A stretch of 64,000 bases of DNA from Candidatus Sulfomarinibacter sp. (GTDB lineage Bacteria > Acidobacteriota > Thermoanaerobaculia > Thermoanaerobaculales > Sulfomarinibacteraceae). Positions 26,493-36,376 of this stretch are shown here, piece after piece. Both the position numbers and the translations under genes were made by a program. The notes under the pieces were generated by a model. That model was not told the origin of the DNA, did not search any database, and saw nothing but the letters and a program-made list of their open reading frames with translations. The DNA lies in NCBI GenBank assembly GCA_041560205.1, contig JBFFBV010000015.1, positions 1,571-65,570 on the forward strand, read 5' to 3'. Within the stretch, counting starts at the first letter, position 1; each line of letters opens with the position of its first letter.

Positions 26493-28451
26493 GTGGTGAG
26501 CGATTCCACCGCCACCGACCCTCGTTTTCCCGCTCGCTTCAACGAGCTGCCGTGGTACCGGACCAACGTGCCGTGCATGGAGGCTTGTCCGGTTCATACA
26601 GATTCCGGGCGTTATGTCCAGCTCATCGGCGAAGGGCGTTTCGAGGAAGCATTTTTGATCGCTCGCGCGCCAAACCCGCTCGCGTCGGTTTGCGGCCGGG
26701 TCTGCTCCGCGCCGTGCGAGGATGCCTGCCGCCGCGGCTGGGTCGACGAAGCAGTCACCATCCGGCCGCTCAAACGATTCGTCACCGAGCAATTCGGAGC
26801 CGAGTCGGCGCGCCCCGATTTCTTCAAGCTCCTGATGTCCGACCCACAGATCGACGCCGAGGCAGAGGACCCCGGGTGTCGCCGCCGGTGGCACGTGGAC
26901 CAGCTCAGCCGCGAAGAACTCGGCGGTGACCGAGCCCGGCGTGTCGCGATCATCGGCAGCGGTCCGGCCGGACTCGGCTGCGCCCACGATCTCGCGCTTA
27001 TGGGTTACGACGTCACGGTCTTCGAGGCCATGCCCGAGCTCGGCGGCATGCTCCGCTACGGGATTCCCGAGTATCGGCTTCCGCGAGGGGTCATCGACCG
27101 CGAGATCGCGGCGATCGAAAAGCTCGGTGTCACCTTTCTGACCAACATGCCGATCTCCCGCGAGTACGGACTCAGCCACCTCCGCGAGGAAGGCTTCGAA
27201 TCTTTCTTCCTGTCGGTCGGCGCAACGCGCGGCCGGGATCTCAATATCGAAGGCGCCGACAAGGACGGGGTCATCAAGGCGGTGGACTATCTCCTCAACC
27301 TCAACCGCGGCTACCGGGTCGATCTCGGAGACCGGGTCGTGGTCATCGGCGGTGGATCGGTGGCGCTCGACGCCGCGCGGACCGCAGTCCGCGAGTTCTA
27401 CCAACCGATGGAGGAGATCGAACTGACCGCCCACGCGGTCGCCAGCCAGCCAGCGATGGACGCCGCTCGCGGAGCGCTGCGAGGCGGCGCCTCCGAGGTC
27501 CACGTCATCTCTCTCGAATCCCTCGAAGAAATGCCGGCGGCGCAGACGGTACAGGGCAAGGACGAGCTCGACGAGGCGCTCGAGGAAGGCATTCTCCTCC
27601 ATCCGGGGTGGGGCCCAACGAAGATCGCCGGCGACGGGGAGGTCGAGTCCATCGAGTTCGTCGGCGTCGAGCGCGTCTTCGACGACAACGGCCGTTTCAA
27701 TCCCTCTTTCGACAAATCCCGGACGATGGTCCTCAACGCCGACTCGGTCATCCTCGCCATCGGTCAACAACCCGATTTCGACTTTCTCACCGCGGCGGAC
27801 GCCATCGAGCTGAGCCCGACCGGAACGGTCAAAATCGACCCCGACACCCTGGCGACGACCGCCCCCGGCGTCTTTGCCGGCGGCGACGCCGCCTTCGGTC
27901 CCCGCATCGCCATCGAGGCGGTGGCCAACGGCAAACACGCTGCGCGCTCGATCCACGAGTTCCTGTCGGGCACGGCCGCCGAGACGAAGATGCGGGTCGC
28001 AATCGATCTGATCCCAGCCGCCGAGTACGCGATGCCCGAAGTCTATGAAAAGAAGAGCCGCCGGGCGGCGCCGACGGTTGCCTCGGGCCGACGTACAGGG
28101 ATCACCGAGGTCGAAGAGGTGATGTCTCCGGAGCAGGCCAGGAACCAGGCCGAGCGCTGCCTGTCGTGCCATGTCGACACCATTTACGACCCGCACCGTT
28201 GCGTGCTGTGCAACCGTTGCGCGGACGTCTGTCCCGAGAAGTGTCTGACCTTTCTACCCCTTGATCGGGTCGAGATGCCGGTCGAACAGCTCGAGAAGGC
28301 GATCGAGGCCTATGGCCATGACCCGGATGAGCCCATGACCGTCCTTCTCAAGGACGACACGATCTGCATACGCTGTGGGCTCTGCGCGGCGCGTTGCCCG
28401 ACCGAGGCGATCACCATGGAACGCTTCAACTTCATCGAATCAACGGGGTGA
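26493..28451 (+). CDS. GltD/NfnB-like NAD(P)H-dependent Fe-S flavoprotein with C-terminal 2x[4Fe-4S] ferredoxin domain
   Basis: GTG start. N-terminal Cys clusters (CMEACP, CGRVCSAPCEDAC), Rossmann loops IIGSGPAG and VIGGGSVA, GVFAGGD. C-terminal CVLCNRCADVCP and CIRCGLCAARCP. No signal peptide. Confidence 0.8.
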   Translation: MVSDSTATDPRFPARFNELPWYRTNVPCMEACPVHTDSGRYVQLIGEGRFEEAFLIARAPNPLASVCGRVCSAPCEDACRRGWVDEAVTIRPLKRFVTEQFGAESARPDFFKLLMSDPQIDAEAEDPGCRRRWHVDQLSREELGGDRARRVAIIGSGPAGLGCAHDLALMGYDVTVFEAMPELGGMLRYGIPEYRLPRGVIDREIAAIEKLGVTFLTNMPISREYGLSHLREEGFESFFLSVGATRGRDLNIEGADKDGVIKAVDYLLNLNRGYRVDLGDRVVVIGGGSVALDAARTAVREFYQPMEEIELTAHAVASQPAMDAARGALRGGASEVHVISLESLEEMPAAQTVQGKDELDEALEEGILLHPGWGPTKIAGDGEVESIEFVGVERVFDDNGRFNPSFDKSRTMVLNADSVILAIGQQPDFDFLTAADAIELSPTGTVKIDPDTLATTAPGVFAGGDAAFGPRIAIEAVANGKHAARSIHEFLSGTAAETKMRVAIDLIPAAEYAMPEVYEKKSRRAAPTVASGRRTGITEVEEVMSPEQARNQAERCLSCHVDTIYDPHRCVLCNRCADVCPEKCLTFLPLDRVEMPVEQLEKAIEAYGHDPDEPMTVLLKDDTICIRCGLCAARCPTEAITMERFNFIESTG

Positions 28452-28456
28452 GAGCT

Positions 28457-29005
28457 GTGGCATCAACAGAAACGATTCCGAGCGATGTTCGAGTCTCCGG
28501 TGACCAGGCGAAGCCGACGCGGCGGGGTTTCCTCGGGCGGTTGACCGCCGCAGTCGCGGCGGCCGGCGCCCTGGTCGCGAGCTGGCCGCTGCTGCGGTCG
28601 CTGGTCCCGAATGTGCTCTACGAGCCACCGAAGAAGTTCCGCATCGGCGCACCCGAGAGCTTCCAGGAAGGGGTGACCTTTCTCGAGGAACACCGGCTCT
28701 TCCTGTTTCGCGAGCGCTCGAATTTCCACGCCATCTCCGGCATTTGCACCCACCTCGGTTGCACGGTGAAGTTTTCGCCCTTCACGCTGCCGCAGGAAGA
28801 GACCGTTCGTGATTTCGCCTACCGCGCCCTCGGCGAGTTCCACTGCCCGTGCCACGGCTCGAAGTTCAGGGGTGAAGGCACCAACTACGCGGGCCCCGCT
28901 CCGCGGCCGCTCAAGTGTTTTCACCTCGAGGTGTCACCCGCGACCGGCGAGCTGGTGGTCGATGTGTCGAACGAGGTCTCGCGCGACTTCAGATTGGTGG
29001 TCTAG
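28457..29005 (+). CDS. Rieske [2Fe-2S] subunit with Tat signal
   Basis: RRGFLGRL twin-arginine motif plus hydrophobic helix. CTHLGC and CPCHGS cluster boxes. Start is GTG 28457 (or GTG 28448, overlapping the upstream stop). Confidence 0.85.
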   Translation: MASTETIPSDVRVSGDQAKPTRRGFLGRLTAAVAAAGALVASWPLLRSLVPNVLYEPPKKFRIGAPESFQEGVTFLEEHRLFLFRERSNFHAISGICTHLGCTVKFSPFTLPQEETVRDFAYRALGEFHCPCHGSKFRGEGTNYAGPAPRPLKCFHLEVSPATGELVVDVSNEVSRDFRLVV

Positions 29006-30502
29006 ATGATCCTTCAGAGACTCACCGGCCTCTGGGACAAGCTGATCTGGCCGTGGCGGCCCGAGTCGAACCGCGAGGCGGGCTCGGGCATCGTCGCCAA
29101 CTTCCTCCTCCACTGGTTTCCCAATCGGATCTCGCTCCGCAGCCTCAAGTTCTCGGCCTCGATGTATCTCGGCACCATCACCTTCGTCGTCTTTATGGTT
29201 CTCACCGTGACCGGCGTCGTGCTGATGTTTCTCTACGTGCCGTCGGTGGAGCGCGCGTACTGGAGCATCAAGGACCTCGACCACGCGGTGAGCTTCGGCT
29301 GGCTGCTCAGACGGCTGCACCGGATCTCGGCCCACCTGATGGTGGCGCTGGTCTTTCTCCACATGTTCCGGGTCTTTCTCACCGGCTCGTACAAAGCCGG
29401 TGAGATCGTCACGTCGGCTCGCCCCTTCAACTGGGTGCTCGGTGTGACGCTGCTGGTGTTGACGTTGTTGCTGAGCTTCACGGGTTATCTCCTGCCGTGG
29501 GATCAGCTCGCCTTCTGGGCGATCACGGTCGGCACCAACATCGCGGCGGCCGTTCCATGGGTGGGGGAGACGATCCGCCAGTTCCTGCTCGGTGGCACCA
29601 TCATCGGCCAGCCGACGCTGATCCGCTTCTACGTCCTCCACTGCGCCCTGCTGCCGATTGCGCTCTTCGCCATCGCCGCCTGGCACATGTGGCGGATCCG
29701 CAAGGACGGCGGCCTCGCGATCGTCGAGCAAGACCGGCAGGAGGCGCTGAACCGAGAGCCGGCGGTGCCGAAGAAAAGCAAGACCTACAGCGTCCTCGGC
29801 ATCGCCAGCGGCACCACGGTCCAGGTCAACGACCCAACGACCCTCAACGAATCAAACTCGGTGCCATCGACGCCGTTCCTCACGGTTCGCATCCTGGTCG
29901 TGACATTGCTCACGATCGCAGTTTCGATCGGTCTGTCCCTGGTCGTGCAGGCGCCGCTCGAGGAGGCCGCCAACCCCGAGGTCACCCCCAACCCGGCCAA
30001 GGCGCCATGGTACTTCCTGGGTCTGCAGGAGATGGTCGGCTACTCGGCGCTGATGGGCGGGGTGATCGTGCCGACCCTGGTCATCTTCGGCCTCATGCTG
30101 ATCCCCTTCCTCGACCGCGAGCAGGGCGGCATCGGTCTCTGGTTCACGGACGGCGCCGGGCGCAAATGGGCGGTCTTCGGCTTTCTCTACGGAGCGATCA
30201 CGACCTGCGGATGCCTGGTGCTGGCGATCCTCGCTCCGACGCGCGACATCTTTCCGACCATCGAGAGCCAGTTCTTCTTCGATCTCGTCAACCCGGCGAC
30301 CTTTCTGCTGGCGCTCTTCGCGGGCATGTACTTCGTGGTCCTCAAAAAGACGGCGTCGACGCGCTACGCAGCGATGGCGACATTCTGCGCTTTCATCATC
30401 TCCTTCATCATCCTGACCTATACCGGCACCTCTCTGCGCGGGCCGAACTGGGACTTCTTCTGGCCGTGGCAGGCGTGGCCGGCCCACCCGATGGCGCTGT
30501 GA
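29006..30502 (+). CDS. Cytochrome b (fused b6 + subunit IV type) of a Rieske/cyt b complex
   Basis: Starts directly after the Rieske stop. Haem His pairs are [15 protein letters not shown] (14 apart) and [16 protein letters not shown] (15 apart, the b6-type spacing). The C-terminal half carries PWYFLGLQE, a PEWY-type Qo motif variant. Confidence 0.85.
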   Translation: MILQRLTGLWDKLIWPWRPESNREAGSGIVANFLLHWFPNRISLRSLKFSASMYLGTITFVVFMVLTVTGVVLMFLYVPSVERAYWSIKDLDHAVSFGWLLRRLHRISAHLMVALVFLHMFRVFLTGSYKAGEIVTSARPFNWVLGVTLLVLTLLLSFTGYLLPWDQLAFWAITVGTNIAAAVPWVGETIRQFLLGGTIIGQPTLIRFYVLHCALLPIALFAIAAWHMWRIRKDGGLAIVEQDRQEALNREPAVPKKSKTYSVLGIASGTTVQVNDPTTLNESNSVPSTPFLTVRILVVTLLTIAVSIGLSLVVQAPLEEAANPEVTPNPAKAPWYFLGLQEMVGYSALMGGVIVPTLVIFGLMLIPFLDREQGGIGLWFTDGAGRKWAVFGFLYGAITTCGCLVLAILAPTRDIFPTIESQFFFDLVNPATFLLALFAGMYFVVLKKTASTRYAAMATFCAFIISFIILTYTGTSLRGPNWDFFWPWQAWPAHPMAL

Positions 30503-30510
30503 GGTAGACG

Positions 30511-31734
30511 ATGATCAAAAAGATTAGCCAGCGCGAAATCCAGCTGCTGCTCGTCGCCGCCGTCGCCATCCTCGTGGTCGGCGTGGCGGTCATTTTCGTC
30601 GACACCTCACCGGAGTGGAAGTACTACCAGTCAGAGTTCGAGGCCATCGTCGCCGAGAACATCGCCGACGTTGACCCATCATCCCTGCCGTGGGGGATCC
30701 AGCAGATCTGGGTGGAGAAGCTCGATCGTGTCGACCGCTGCACCACCTGTCATCTCGGCATGACCTGGCGCGGCCTCGAGAACATCGAGCAGCCGTGGAC
30801 CACCCACCCGATGTCCGGCATCTTCGACGACCACCCGATCGAAGAGTTCGGCTGCACGGTCTGCCACGGAGGGCAGGGCTACGCCCTCACCGAGTACGAC
30901 GCGCACGGTTTCGTCGAGCATTGGGAGGAGCCGCTGCTGTCGGACATTGCGGCCTCTGAATACGATCCGCGCAACCCGCCTCCGCTTCACGAGATCCAGT
31001 GCAACTTCTGTCACCGCTACGAACGCTCGACCGAGGGCATGCCCTATATCAACAAGGCCAAAGAGCTGGTGCGGACCAAGGGCTGCAAGATCTGCCATGT
31101 CATCAACGGCACCGGCGGCAAGCTCGGGCCCGATCTGACCCGGGTCGGCGACAAGCACGCGGAGGGCTTCGATTTCTCCAACCTCGTGTCGGATCAGATG
31201 ACGGTCTTCAACTGGCACATCAAGCACTTCCAGTCACCGCCAACGATCGTACCCGGCTCGATCATGCCGGAGATGAACTTCCAGTCATCCGACGCCCACG
31301 CGCTGGCGATGCTGGTCATGAGCTGGCGCGACGACGAGGATCTCCCTCGCGCCTTCCTGCCGGGCGTCGAGCTCAAGGACGAGATGACGCCTGAGGAGGT
31401 CGAGCGCGATCGCCGGATGCGCGAAGGCGACGGCGCCTTCTTCGTCGAGCACAGCTGCTTCGTCTGTCACAGCATCAAGGCCTACGACATCAAATCGCCG
31501 ACTGAAAAAGGACCGGACCTTTCGCTCGCTCCGGATGACGTTCGGGTCAGATTCAACAAGACGGTCGAGGAGTTCCTCTTCGACCCGACCGGCACGATGA
31601 AGATCATTCTCGAGAGCCAGATCGTGCTCACCGACGAGGAGAAATGGCAGGCCGTCGAAAAGATCATGAAGGCCTACGACATCGTCAAAAACAGGGAAGC
31701 GGCGGCCGAGGCCGCCGCCGCAAGCGGTTCGTAG
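30511..31734 (+). CDS. Membrane-anchored pentahaem c-type cytochrome
   Basis: N-terminal TM. Five CxxCH motifs: CTTCH, CTVCH, CNFCH, CKICH, CFVCH. The last two sit in class-I-like units (GPDL...MPEM). Confidence 0.85.
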   Translation: MIKKISQREIQLLLVAAVAILVVGVAVIFVDTSPEWKYYQSEFEAIVAENIADVDPSSLPWGIQQIWVEKLDRVDRCTTCHLGMTWRGLENIEQPWTTHPMSGIFDDHPIEEFGCTVCHGGQGYALTEYDAHGFVEHWEEPLLSDIAASEYDPRNPPPLHEIQCNFCHRYERSTEGMPYINKAKELVRTKGCKICHVINGTGGKLGPDLTRVGDKHAEGFDFSNLVSDQMTVFNWHIKHFQSPPTIVPGSIMPEMNFQSSDAHALAMLVMSWRDDEDLPRAFLPGVELKDEMTPEEVERDRRMREGDGAFFVEHSCFVCHSIKAYDIKSPTEKGPDLSLAPDDVRVRFNKTVEEFLFDPTGTMKIILESQIVLTDEEKWQAVEKIMKAYDIVKNREAAAEAAAASGS

Positions 31735-31761
31735 CACCGCATAACAAGGAGGAGGCAGCAG

Positions 31762-33669
31762 ATGAACAATAGAAAGACAATCTTTCGACTGATGATCGCG
31801 CTGGTCGTTATCGGGCTCTTCGTCGGGCTTGCGGCGTGCGGCAAGAAACCGCCGCAGCGGCGCGGCGCACGCGCCGGCGGCGGCGGCACATCCGACCTCA
31901 CGAGCGCGGCTCTGGCGACCTACGTGGCGCCTGGTGACCTCGACGAGTACTACCTTTTCTACTCGGGTGGTCACAGTGGCCAGATCTTTGTCTCCGGCAT
32001 CCCGTCGATGCGCCACATCGCGACGATCCCCGTCTTCACCCCGTATCCCGGCACCGGCTACGGTTTCGACGACGAGACAAAGGAGATGCTCGGTGGCTAC
32101 TCGTGGGGAGATTCCCACCACCCAGGCTTCTCCGAAACTGGCGGCGAGTACGATGGCCGCTGGCTCTTCATCAACGACAACGCCAACGGCCGCATGGCTC
32201 GGATCGACTTGAAAGACTTCAAAACCAAGCAGATTCTGAGCATTCCGAACATTTCGGCCAACCACGGCAGTTCGTTCGTCACCCAGAACTCGGAGTACGT
32301 CACCATGGCGACCAGGATGTCTGTGCCGTTCCCCGAAGGCACGTACGCCGATGTCACCGAGTACGCCACCAAGTACAAGGGAATCGTGGCAGGGATCAAG
32401 ATCGATCCCGACGACGGCAATCTGACCCTTGGTTGGGAAATCCTGGTGCCGCCGTTCAACTACGATCTCGGTGATTCCGGAAAGGGTCCGTCCGACGGAT
32501 TCCTCTTCTGGACCTGCTACAACTCGGAACGCGAGTTCATCGAGGGCGGCAAGCTCGAGGTGACGGCTTCCCAGAAGGACAAGGACTTCATCCTGATGGT
32601 GGACTGGCGCGAGGCCGAGAAGCAGATCGCGGCCGGCAACTTCACGACCGTCAAAGGCGCCCCGGTCATCGATCCCGTCAATGCACCCGGAGTTGCCTAT
32701 TTCATGCCGCTTGCGAAGTCACCGCACGGGGTCGACGTCTCTCCGACCGGTCAATGGATCATCGGCTCGGGCAAGCTGTCGCCGACCACGACCGTCTACG
32801 ACATCGAAAAGATCAAAACGGCCATCGCCAACAAGGACTTCGAGGAGACCATCGACGGCATCCCGGTGCTGACCTACAACTCGGTCCGTGAAGCCGAGAT
32901 CCCGGTCGGGCTCGGTCCGCTCCACACCCAGTTCGACGACAAGGGCTACGCTTATACCTCACTCTTTGTCGAGAGCGCGGTCGCCAAGTGGAAGCTGCCG
33001 CCGTACGAGGCCGGCAACGACATGAACCAGTACATCGTCGACAAAATCCCGGTCGCCTACAACATCGGTCACCTGGTATCGGCGGAAGGCGACTCGATGA
33101 ACCCCGACGGCAACTACCTGGTCGCCCTCAACAAGCTTTCCAAGGGTCGCCATCTCTCCGTGGGACCATCGATTCCGGAGTCGGCGCAGCTGATTGACAT
33201 CTCGGGCGACAAGATGAAGCTTCTCTATGACGCCTTCACCGAGCCCGAGCCCCACTACGCTGTGATTATCAAAGCCGACAAATTGGATCCGGTCGAGATC
33301 TACAAGAAAGACGATCCGTACTGGCACAAAAACCCGAACGCCACGTGGACGACCGAAGACGCGCGGATCGAACGCCGTGGCAATACGGTCGAGGTATGGA
33401 TGATGGCTGTTCGTTCCTTCTTCGCACCTGACGTGATTCGAGTCAACAGGGGCGACAAGGTCATTGTCCACGTGACCAACATCGAGCAGACTCGGGACGA
33501 GCTGCACGGCTTCGCCATCGACAACTACAACATCAATCTGGTGATCGATCCTGGTGAAACCAAGACGGTGACCTTCACCGCAGACAAGTCCGGCGTCTAC
33601 GCGTTCTACTGCACGAACTTCTGTAGCGCACTGCACCAGGAGATGCAGGGCTACTTCCTCGTGAAATAG
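31762..33669 (+). CDS. nosZ: Nitrous-oxide reductase NosZ, clade II (atypical), predicted lipoprotein
   Basis: CuA motif CTNFCSALHQEM at the C-terminus. CuZ region DSHHPG is of DxHH type, lacking the third His of clade I. Further His motifs: SPHGVD, GPLHTQFD, NIGHL. The signal peptide ends in lipobox LAAC with no twin-Arg. Strong RBS AAGGAGGAGG. Confidence 0.92.
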   Translation: MNNRKTIFRLMIALVVIGLFVGLAACGKKPPQRRGARAGGGGTSDLTSAALATYVAPGDLDEYYLFYSGGHSGQIFVSGIPSMRHIATIPVFTPYPGTGYGFDDETKEMLGGYSWGDSHHPGFSETGGEYDGRWLFINDNANGRMARIDLKDFKTKQILSIPNISANHGSSFVTQNSEYVTMATRMSVPFPEGTYADVTEYATKYKGIVAGIKIDPDDGNLTLGWEILVPPFNYDLGDSGKGPSDGFLFWTCYNSEREFIEGGKLEVTASQKDKDFILMVDWREAEKQIAAGNFTTVKGAPVIDPVNAPGVAYFMPLAKSPHGVDVSPTGQWIIGSGKLSPTTTVYDIEKIKTAIANKDFEETIDGIPVLTYNSVREAEIPVGLGPLHTQFDDKGYAYTSLFVESAVAKWKLPPYEAGNDMNQYIVDKIPVAYNIGHLVSAEGDSMNPDGNYLVALNKLSKGRHLSVGPSIPESAQLIDISGDKMKLLYDAFTEPEPHYAVIIKADKLDPVEIYKKDDPYWHKNPNATWTTEDARIERRGNTVEVWMMAVRSFFAPDVIRVNRGDKVIVHVTNIEQTRDELHGFAIDNYNINLVIDPGETKTVTFTADKSGVYAFYCTNFCSALHQEMQGYFLVK

Positions 33670-33732
33670 AAATGGCTCGTGGGCCCCGGCGCACCGCTGG
33701 TCGGTCGCCGGGGCGCGATTTTCGAGGTGCAC

Positions 33733-34368
33733 ATGTCTATGTTCAACCGGCTCACCGCATCTCTCGACCAGCCCCTCACGGGTCGCAGCCGGGTGGCGGT
33801 TCTGGTGGCCGCTCTGGTGTTGATCCCGACGTTTTTCGTGCCGCTGTGGCACATGACCTTCGTCGCACAACAATATCCCGAGGGCCTCGACCTCTACGTC
33901 TACTCCCACAATCTTGTGGGGGGCGATGACGGCAATGACCTGACCGAGATCAACGTGCTCAACCATTACATCGGCATGGCCGAGCTGCGGCCGGCAGACT
34001 TCACCGAGCTCAAATGGATTCCGCTGGTCATCGGTTTGATCGGAATCTTGACCCTTCGGGCGGCCTCGATCGGTACGCTGCGTTCGGTGGTTGATGTGAT
34101 CGTGGCGTCGTTCTATTTCGGTGGGTTTTCGATGTGGAGCTTCTGGTACAAGCTCCACTCCTACGGCGCCAACCTCGACCCCAAGGCTTCGGTCCAGGTC
34201 GAGCCGTTTATGCCGCCGATGTTCGGATACAAGCTCGTCGGCCAGTTTGACGTGTGGTCCTATCCGGCGATGGGGACCTATCTCTTTTTCCTCTTCGGGT
34301 TGTTGCTGGTCGTCGGATTCTGGCTGACGTGGCGTGAGGCGGATGTCGACCCGCCATCCGCCGTATAG
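33733..34368 (+). CDS. nosB: NosB-like integral membrane protein
   Basis: Sits immediately downstream of clade II nosZ, the position characteristic of nosB. Four predicted TM helices. The call rests on position and topology only. Confidence 0.55.
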   Translation: MSMFNRLTASLDQPLTGRSRVAVLVAALVLIPTFFVPLWHMTFVAQQYPEGLDLYVYSHNLVGGDDGNDLTEINVLNHYIGMAELRPADFTELKWIPLVIGLIGILTLRAASIGTLRSVVDVIVASFYFGGFSMWSFWYKLHSYGANLDPKASVQVEPFMPPMFGYKLVGQFDVWSYPAMGTYLFFLFGLLLVVGFWLTWREADVDPPSAV

Positions 34369-34381
34369 AAGGGAAGGAATC

Positions 34382-34885
34382 ATGAAGAAACTTGCTCTGA
34401 TAATTCTCGCAACTGCATTTGGAATTGGATGCGGTGGTGCAGCGGAAGAAGCGACCTACGAGAGTGATACACCACCGCCAGCGCCGTTGCTTGAAGTCGA
34501 AGCGCCGGCCGCGCTCGAGGTGCCCGATCCGGTCGAGGTGACGGCCGACGATGATTGGCAGGCGAGGTCCCACAACAAGAACATCGAGGTGATCGGGGTG
34601 ATCAACGTCATCAATCCTGTCGCGGCCTACATCACCGAGGGCTTCAACCAGTACGGCGATAGCTTCAGCCCCACCTTGCACGAGGAGTGGGAGGACACGC
34701 AGGCGCAGCTGACCATGGCGACGACCCTGTACGAAGACTGCCAGGCGCGAATGGCGGCCGGCAACCACGACAAACAGCTCTTCCTCGATCTCGAGCAGGT
34801 GTGGCAGCTGCTGGTCAAGACCGGTGTCGCCGGCGTTCGCACCAAGAGCATGGTCGACAGCGAGCTGGCGAAGCTCAAGGGCTGA
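34382..34885 (+). CDS. Hypothetical lipoprotein inside the nos operon
   Basis: ATG 34382 after GAAGGAA. Signal MKKLALIILATAFGIGC (lipobox-like), acidic Pro-rich linker, then a helical region of about 110 aa. No family recognised. Confidence 0.6.
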   Translation: MKKLALIILATAFGIGCGGAAEEATYESDTPPPAPLLEVEAPAALEVPDPVEVTADDDWQARSHNKNIEVIGVINVINPVAAYITEGFNQYGDSFSPTLHEEWEDTQAQLTMATTLYEDCQARMAAGNHDKQLFLDLEQVWQLLVKTGVAGVRTKSMVDSELAKLKG

Positions 34886-34987
34886 CCGACGGATCTTTCG
34901 AATCGAACGACGGCGCGCCGCGGAAGTAAACTGCCGGGGCGCAGCGTGTGCTATATCTGACATCTTGATCAACGGGGAGAAAAAGTC

Positions 34988-36376
34988 GTGAAGCGAGCCC
35001 TCTGCCTGCTGGCCGCGATGTGGTCGGTGACCACCGTCGCCGCGGTCCACGAGGTGCCGGTTGGCGGGTCGATCTCTGCCGTCCTCGACCAGGCTTCGCC
35101 GGGCGACACGGTGCGCCTCGCGGGTGCGGTCTACCGCGAGAACATCGTCATCGGTGTGCCGGTCGTGCTCACCGGCAGGGAGGGAACGGAGATTCGTGGC
35201 GGATACGAGGGCAACGTGGTGCACATCACGGCGCCCGGAACCGTGCTGGACGGTCTCCACATTGCCGAGGCCGGTCCCCATTTGACCAAGGACATGGCGT
35301 GCGTACTGGTCGAAGCCGACGAGGTGACGATTCGCAACTGCAGGATCTCGGAATCGCTGCACGGAATCTACGTCAAAGCCGGGAACGGCACCGAGATCGT
35401 CGGCAACAGCGTCGAAGGCCGGCTCGACCTGATCGAGGCCGACCGGGGCAACGGCATCCATCTCTGGAACTCGTCCCAAAACCTCGTCGCGGCAAACGAG
35501 ATCTTTAACGTCAGGGACGGCATCTACTTCTCGTTTGCCCATTTCACCGAGGTCGAGCGGAACCACATCCACCACGTGCGCTACGGCCTCCATTACATGT
35601 ATTCAAACAACAATTCCTTCTACGACAACCTCTTCGAGAGGAACGTGGCGGGTGCTGCGCTGATGTACTCCGAGGACATCGTTTTCGCGCGCAACACTTT
35701 TGCCCGATGCCGGGGATTTCGCGCCTACGGCATCCTGCTGCAATCGATGAGCCGGGTCACGGCCACCTCGAACCTGATCATCGACAACAGCCGCGGCATT
35801 TTCATGAACAACGCGGACTCGAATCGCATCGAAAGCAACGACGTCGTTGACAACGACCTCGCTGTCCAGCTCAACGGCGGCTGCGATGCCAATCTGCTGG
35901 TTCGCAACAACTTCATCAACAACCTGTCGGAGCTGCTGCTCGACGTCAGCGACCTCGAGACGCGGTGGGCCGACGACGCCGGGGGCAACCACTGGAGCGG
36001 CTACCGCGGGTATGACCTCAATGGTGACGGCGCCGGCGACCTCCCGTTTTCGATCCAAAACGTCTTCCAGGTTCTCGAATCCAAGGTGCCGGAAGCCCGG
36101 TTCTATCTGCTCAGCCCGGCGGCCGAGGTGCTCAAGGCCGCCGAGCGCGCCCTCCCCATACTCCGGCTCGGCGACGCCGAGGACCCGCTGCCATCGCTCC
36201 TGCCGATCGCCAACGATGCGGTTCCCTGGCAGGCTGTCGACAGCGCTCGGCTCGATGGCAGCCCCCTGGCGGCGTCGATTTTTCTCGCCGGCAGCGCATT
36301 TCCGGTCGCGTCGTTGTGGTACCTCGGTCGGCCGCGAAGGTGGAGAAGAAACCGCGGCGCGAAGGGTAGTGAATGA
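34988..36376 (+). CDS. nosD: NosD periplasmic beta-helix copper-centre maturation protein
   Basis: Sec signal. Repeated parallel beta-helix units (NGIHLWNSSQNLV, RDGIYFSFAHFTEV, RYGLHYMYSNNNSF, RGIFMNNADSNRI). C-terminal membrane-proximal segment. Confidence 0.88.
   Translation: MKRALCLLAAMWSVTTVAAVHEVPVGGSISAVLDQASPGDTVRLAGAVYRENIVIGVPVVLTGREGTEIRGGYEGNVVHITAPGTVLDGLHIAEAGPHLTKDMACVLVEADEVTIRNCRISESLHGIYVKAGNGTEIVGNSVEGRLDLIEADRGNGIHLWNSSQNLVAANEIFNVRDGIYFSFAHFTEVERNHIHHVRYGLHYMYSNNNSFYDNLFERNVAGAALMYSEDIVFARNTFARCRGFRAYGILLQSMSRVTATSNLIIDNSRGIFMNNADSNRIESNDVVDNDLAVQLNGGCDANLLVRNNFINNLSELLLDVSDLETRWADDAGGNHWSGYRGYDLNGDGAGDLPFSIQNVFQVLESKVPEARFYLLSPAAEVLKAAERALPILRLGDAEDPLPSLLPIANDAVPWQAVDSARLDGSPLAASIFLAGSAFPVASLWYLGRPRRWRRNRGAKGSE

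Noticed and set aside
26214-28196. 660-aa ORF on the - strand
   Set aside because: It is antisense to the GltD-like flavoprotein, which has Cys clusters and Rossmann loops. This is a shadow ORF.
32959-34383. 474-aa ORF on the - strand
   Set aside because: It is antisense to nosZ and nosB. This is a shadow ORF.
34940-34987. FNR/CRP-like half-site (TTGATCAA) upstream of nosD
   Set aside because: Only one TTGAT element is present, without the ATCAA partner at the consensus 4-nt spacing. This is insufficient for a binding-site call.
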